DNA of 64,000 nucleotides. Source: Lama guanicoe. Its lineage: Eukaryota. The translations under genes were made by a program, and so were the position numbers. Below, in pieces: positions 61,581-64,000 of the stretch (position 1 is the stretch's first letter; each line of letters starts with the position of its first letter). Below the pieces are notes generated by a model. The model saw only the letters and a program-made list of their open reading frames with translations, made no database searches and had not been told where the DNA came from. The stretch spans positions 1,575,746-1,639,745 of the forward strand of contig MU055549.1 of the NCBI GenBank assembly GCA_013239625.1, in the 5' to 3' direction.

Positions 61581-62543
61581 AAGCCGCAGGAGAACTTTGC
61601 TGCACCAACCAACAGAGCAGGTGGAGGAGCCCCACGCTGGGGTCCAGAAAGCAGATTCCGACTCACAAACTCAGTGTCAGGAGAAGTTGGGCTGGACGAT
61701 GCTGCTAGAATGTGTCCCTGCAGTGAATTCTCAAGAGCGGGGCCCCATCCGATTCACCATCCGTCCCCGCATGGGGCACAGCCCGGCGCCCAAAAGGAGT
61801 GACTAACGTCTCTTGACTAAATGAACCTGATGACGAAGCCGGTCACGGCAGCCACAGGAGGAGCCTCCGCCATTGCTGGGCACCGCCTGGACGGCCCTGT
61901 GTGCCGTGCTCTGCACGGGGACCCCTGAGTCCACACAGCAGGTGAGGGATCAGGAGTCCCTGGTGGTTAAGAAACCAGGTCAAGGTCACAGTCCCAGGGA
62001 GGGGCAGAGCCGTGATGACGGGAAGCCAGTCCCGTGGGTCTTCTGGCTCTAGGACTGTGTGATTATAGTGTGAGAGAGTGAACAGCACTTTTAATAATTT
62101 CTTCAGCCTAGAAACAGAAGGGGGGGAGGTGTAAACGGCAGAAGAGCACAGCCCATGGAAAGTTTGTGCGTAGCCTGGAAGATTTGGGTGTTTTCTCCCC
62201 AAAGGAGGCTCTGGATGCCACGTGCCTCCCCTACTCCCAAGTGCAGCTGGGCGCCAGGTGCAGGTCCCACAGAGGGACCCACACCCTGGCCCCAACAAAG
62301 TCCCAGGTTAGAGGGGGCAGCTGTGGTAGGCGGTGTGGCGCACACACCTTAGAGGGCCATTCTGTTACTCCGAGAAGCATCAAGGGTGTTGGCCGCCCCT
62401 GTCCGGGGCATTCAGACAGGCACCACCAGAAAGGAGCATCTGACCTTGACCTGGAAGAGAATCAGACTGACGGACGGTGGAGAAGGCTGTGGGGCTGGCA
62501 GAGGGGATCTGCTCCCGGCTGCTCGATACAGGACCTGTGGTGG

Positions 62544-62590
62544 GGGAGGACCAGGGAGGACCGGGAGGACCAGGGAGGACCAGGGAGGAC
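62544..62590 (+). repeat. 10-bp minisatellite (CAGGGAGGAC)n, about 4.5 copies
   Basis: Directly visible. Confidence 0.9.
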
Positions 62591-63089
62591 GGAGATGGGG
62601 CGGGACAGTGAGGGGACACCTGGGCGGCGTCAAAGGTACTGGGAAGACCTTAGACACTGTTGAGTGTGACGTGACCTCTGGGTCTGGTTTGGCAGAAATG
62701 ACTAGGCTAGAAGATGATGTGCAGAGAGGGGCCCACAGCGGGGAGACCCGGGAGAATCTGGCTGTGGCCTCCCACTTGGAACTTCAGGCAGCAAGATGGA
62801 AAGGATGGACGCGATTTCCACGGGCAGTGCAGAATCCGGAGACCGGTTAGACAGACTAGAGGTGGGCAGTGCGGTGCACGTGTGTGGGGAAGATGGCGCT
62901 GGAATGTCGAGAGCAGCCATCTGGAGGCTGTGGCATCTTGGTCTAAGTAGGATTTCAGGAGGAACAGATGTTTAAGGGGTCTGGGGAAAAGGTTCTGTTC
63001 TCTGGGCATTACCTGGAGGAGGCTGGAGGCGCTGGCCTGGAGCTCTGGACGGGGGCTGGGGCAGGACCAGCGCTGCTTTGGGGATTCAG

Positions 63090-63260
63090 TGGCACGTGGA
63101 TGAGGTCACTGGGGGACGATGCATTAAGGGGGAAGTGATGACAGAGGGCAGATGGATTTGAGAGACACCCAGTGGGAAATCTCGAGCTGTGAGGGAGCAA
63201 GTGGAATGTCCTGAGATGTGGTTGCAGAGAGAAGGGTCTGGAAACTCAGGCCCCAAGAGG
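63090..63260 (-). mobile_element. possible L2 relic
   Basis: GGGCAGATGGATTTGAGAGACA resembles the antisense L2 GTGGACGGATTTGAGAGAT. Confidence 0.35.
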
Positions 63261-64000
63261 GGAGAAGGTCCAGGAAGGGGGACTCGGCCAGGTGGAAGGA
63301 GAGGCAAACTGGTCGGGTGGAGGAAGGCCGTCCCCTGTCCTCACGCCCAGGATGGAGCTTGTCTGGGCCCCGCCAGACAGGGTAGGTGGCAGAGGTGCAA
63401 AGTGTGGGATGTCCTGCCACGTCCTCCTGTCTGGAGTCAGAGTCCACGGGCTCAGAACCTCTTCTGAATGAATGAACACAGGAATGAACCACTCTTCCCT
63501 GTAAGGCTGAGACAGAAACCACAGACTCTGTCAAAGGGCTGGAAGTGATGCCGGCACAAATCTGCACCAATAGAGCCCTCAGTTCTGGAGACGCCCAGCT
63601 GGTTCATTTGGCACAAAACTAACAGAAAATAAATATTATCATTAAAACTCCCCAGGGCACTAACGGTTTGGGAGTTAGCCCTGCAGGGATTCCCGACATG
63701 ACGGCACCCCAGCCACTGAGCATCCAGGGGCCAGCCGATCTTGCGTCCAAGTACCGCCATCATCCCCTTTCGGGCCCCAAACGCAACTGCTTCCCAGTGG
63801 ATGGCGTCCCCTCTTCACCCACAGCTGTGCTGGGACCCCCCAGACCAGACAGCTCCACCTCCCCTGGGGAGTGGGGGCCCAGCGGCAGCCATGGCCTTGG
63901 GTCCGACGTTGCTGCCTCCTGGGGGCCCCCTTGGCTGTGGAGTGTCTGGGTTCAGAGCAGAGGCAGAGCTCAGGAGCAAACCTCCTGCTCACTTCATCTG

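Noticed and set aside
57016-62590. CRISPR-like arrays in the short tandem repeats
   Set aside because: The repeats are contiguous without unique spacers, the context is mammalian and there are no cas genes.
1-64000. ORF track entries as protein-coding genes (e.g. 1206..1841, 34263..34916, 36407..37150, 46986..47750)
   Set aside because: They are Pro/Gly/Arg/Ala-rich translations typical of stop-poor GC-rich DNA, overlap on both strands, often use non-ATG starts, and show no recognisable domain or exon chain.
1-64000. Naming the neighbouring developmental gene or locus
   Set aside because: No exon or element I can recognise with confidence; it needs a BLAT search.

Overview
This is mammalian nuclear DNA, most likely camelid (alpaca/llama/camel). 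The evidence is two tRNA-Ala-derived Vic-1-type SINEs, a cetartiodactyl/camelid-type L1 3' UTR, and no recognisable Alu, B1, Bov-A/BovB, PRE-1 or Can-SINE. The window is GC- and CpG-rich (subtelomere-like). I found no convincing protein-coding exon or RNA gene: the many short ORFs are low-complexity GC-rich noise, and the only recognisable protein motif is an L1 ORF2 C-terminal remnant. Contents: (i) a near-perfect 1331-bp tandem duplication (3355-6018, 2 mismatches); (ii) old L1M, L2, MIR, MER58, MaLR and ERVL relics plus a few younger L1/SINE insertions; (iii) short AT-rich non-repeat islands dense in homeodomain/TALE/SOX/FOX/TCF motifs, and several CpG-rich patches, resembling an enhancer-containing gene desert or very large intron near an unidentified developmental gene. 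I see no evidence of a novel multi-gene system. The best leads are the duplicated candidate enhancer, a focal AT-to-GC/CpG-gain patch that looks like a GC-biased gene conversion scar, and a young L1 whose 5' truncation point is homologous to its own target site. Repeat family names are from recall of consensus sequences, boundaries of old repeats are approximate, and all need RepeatMasker/Dfam confirmation.
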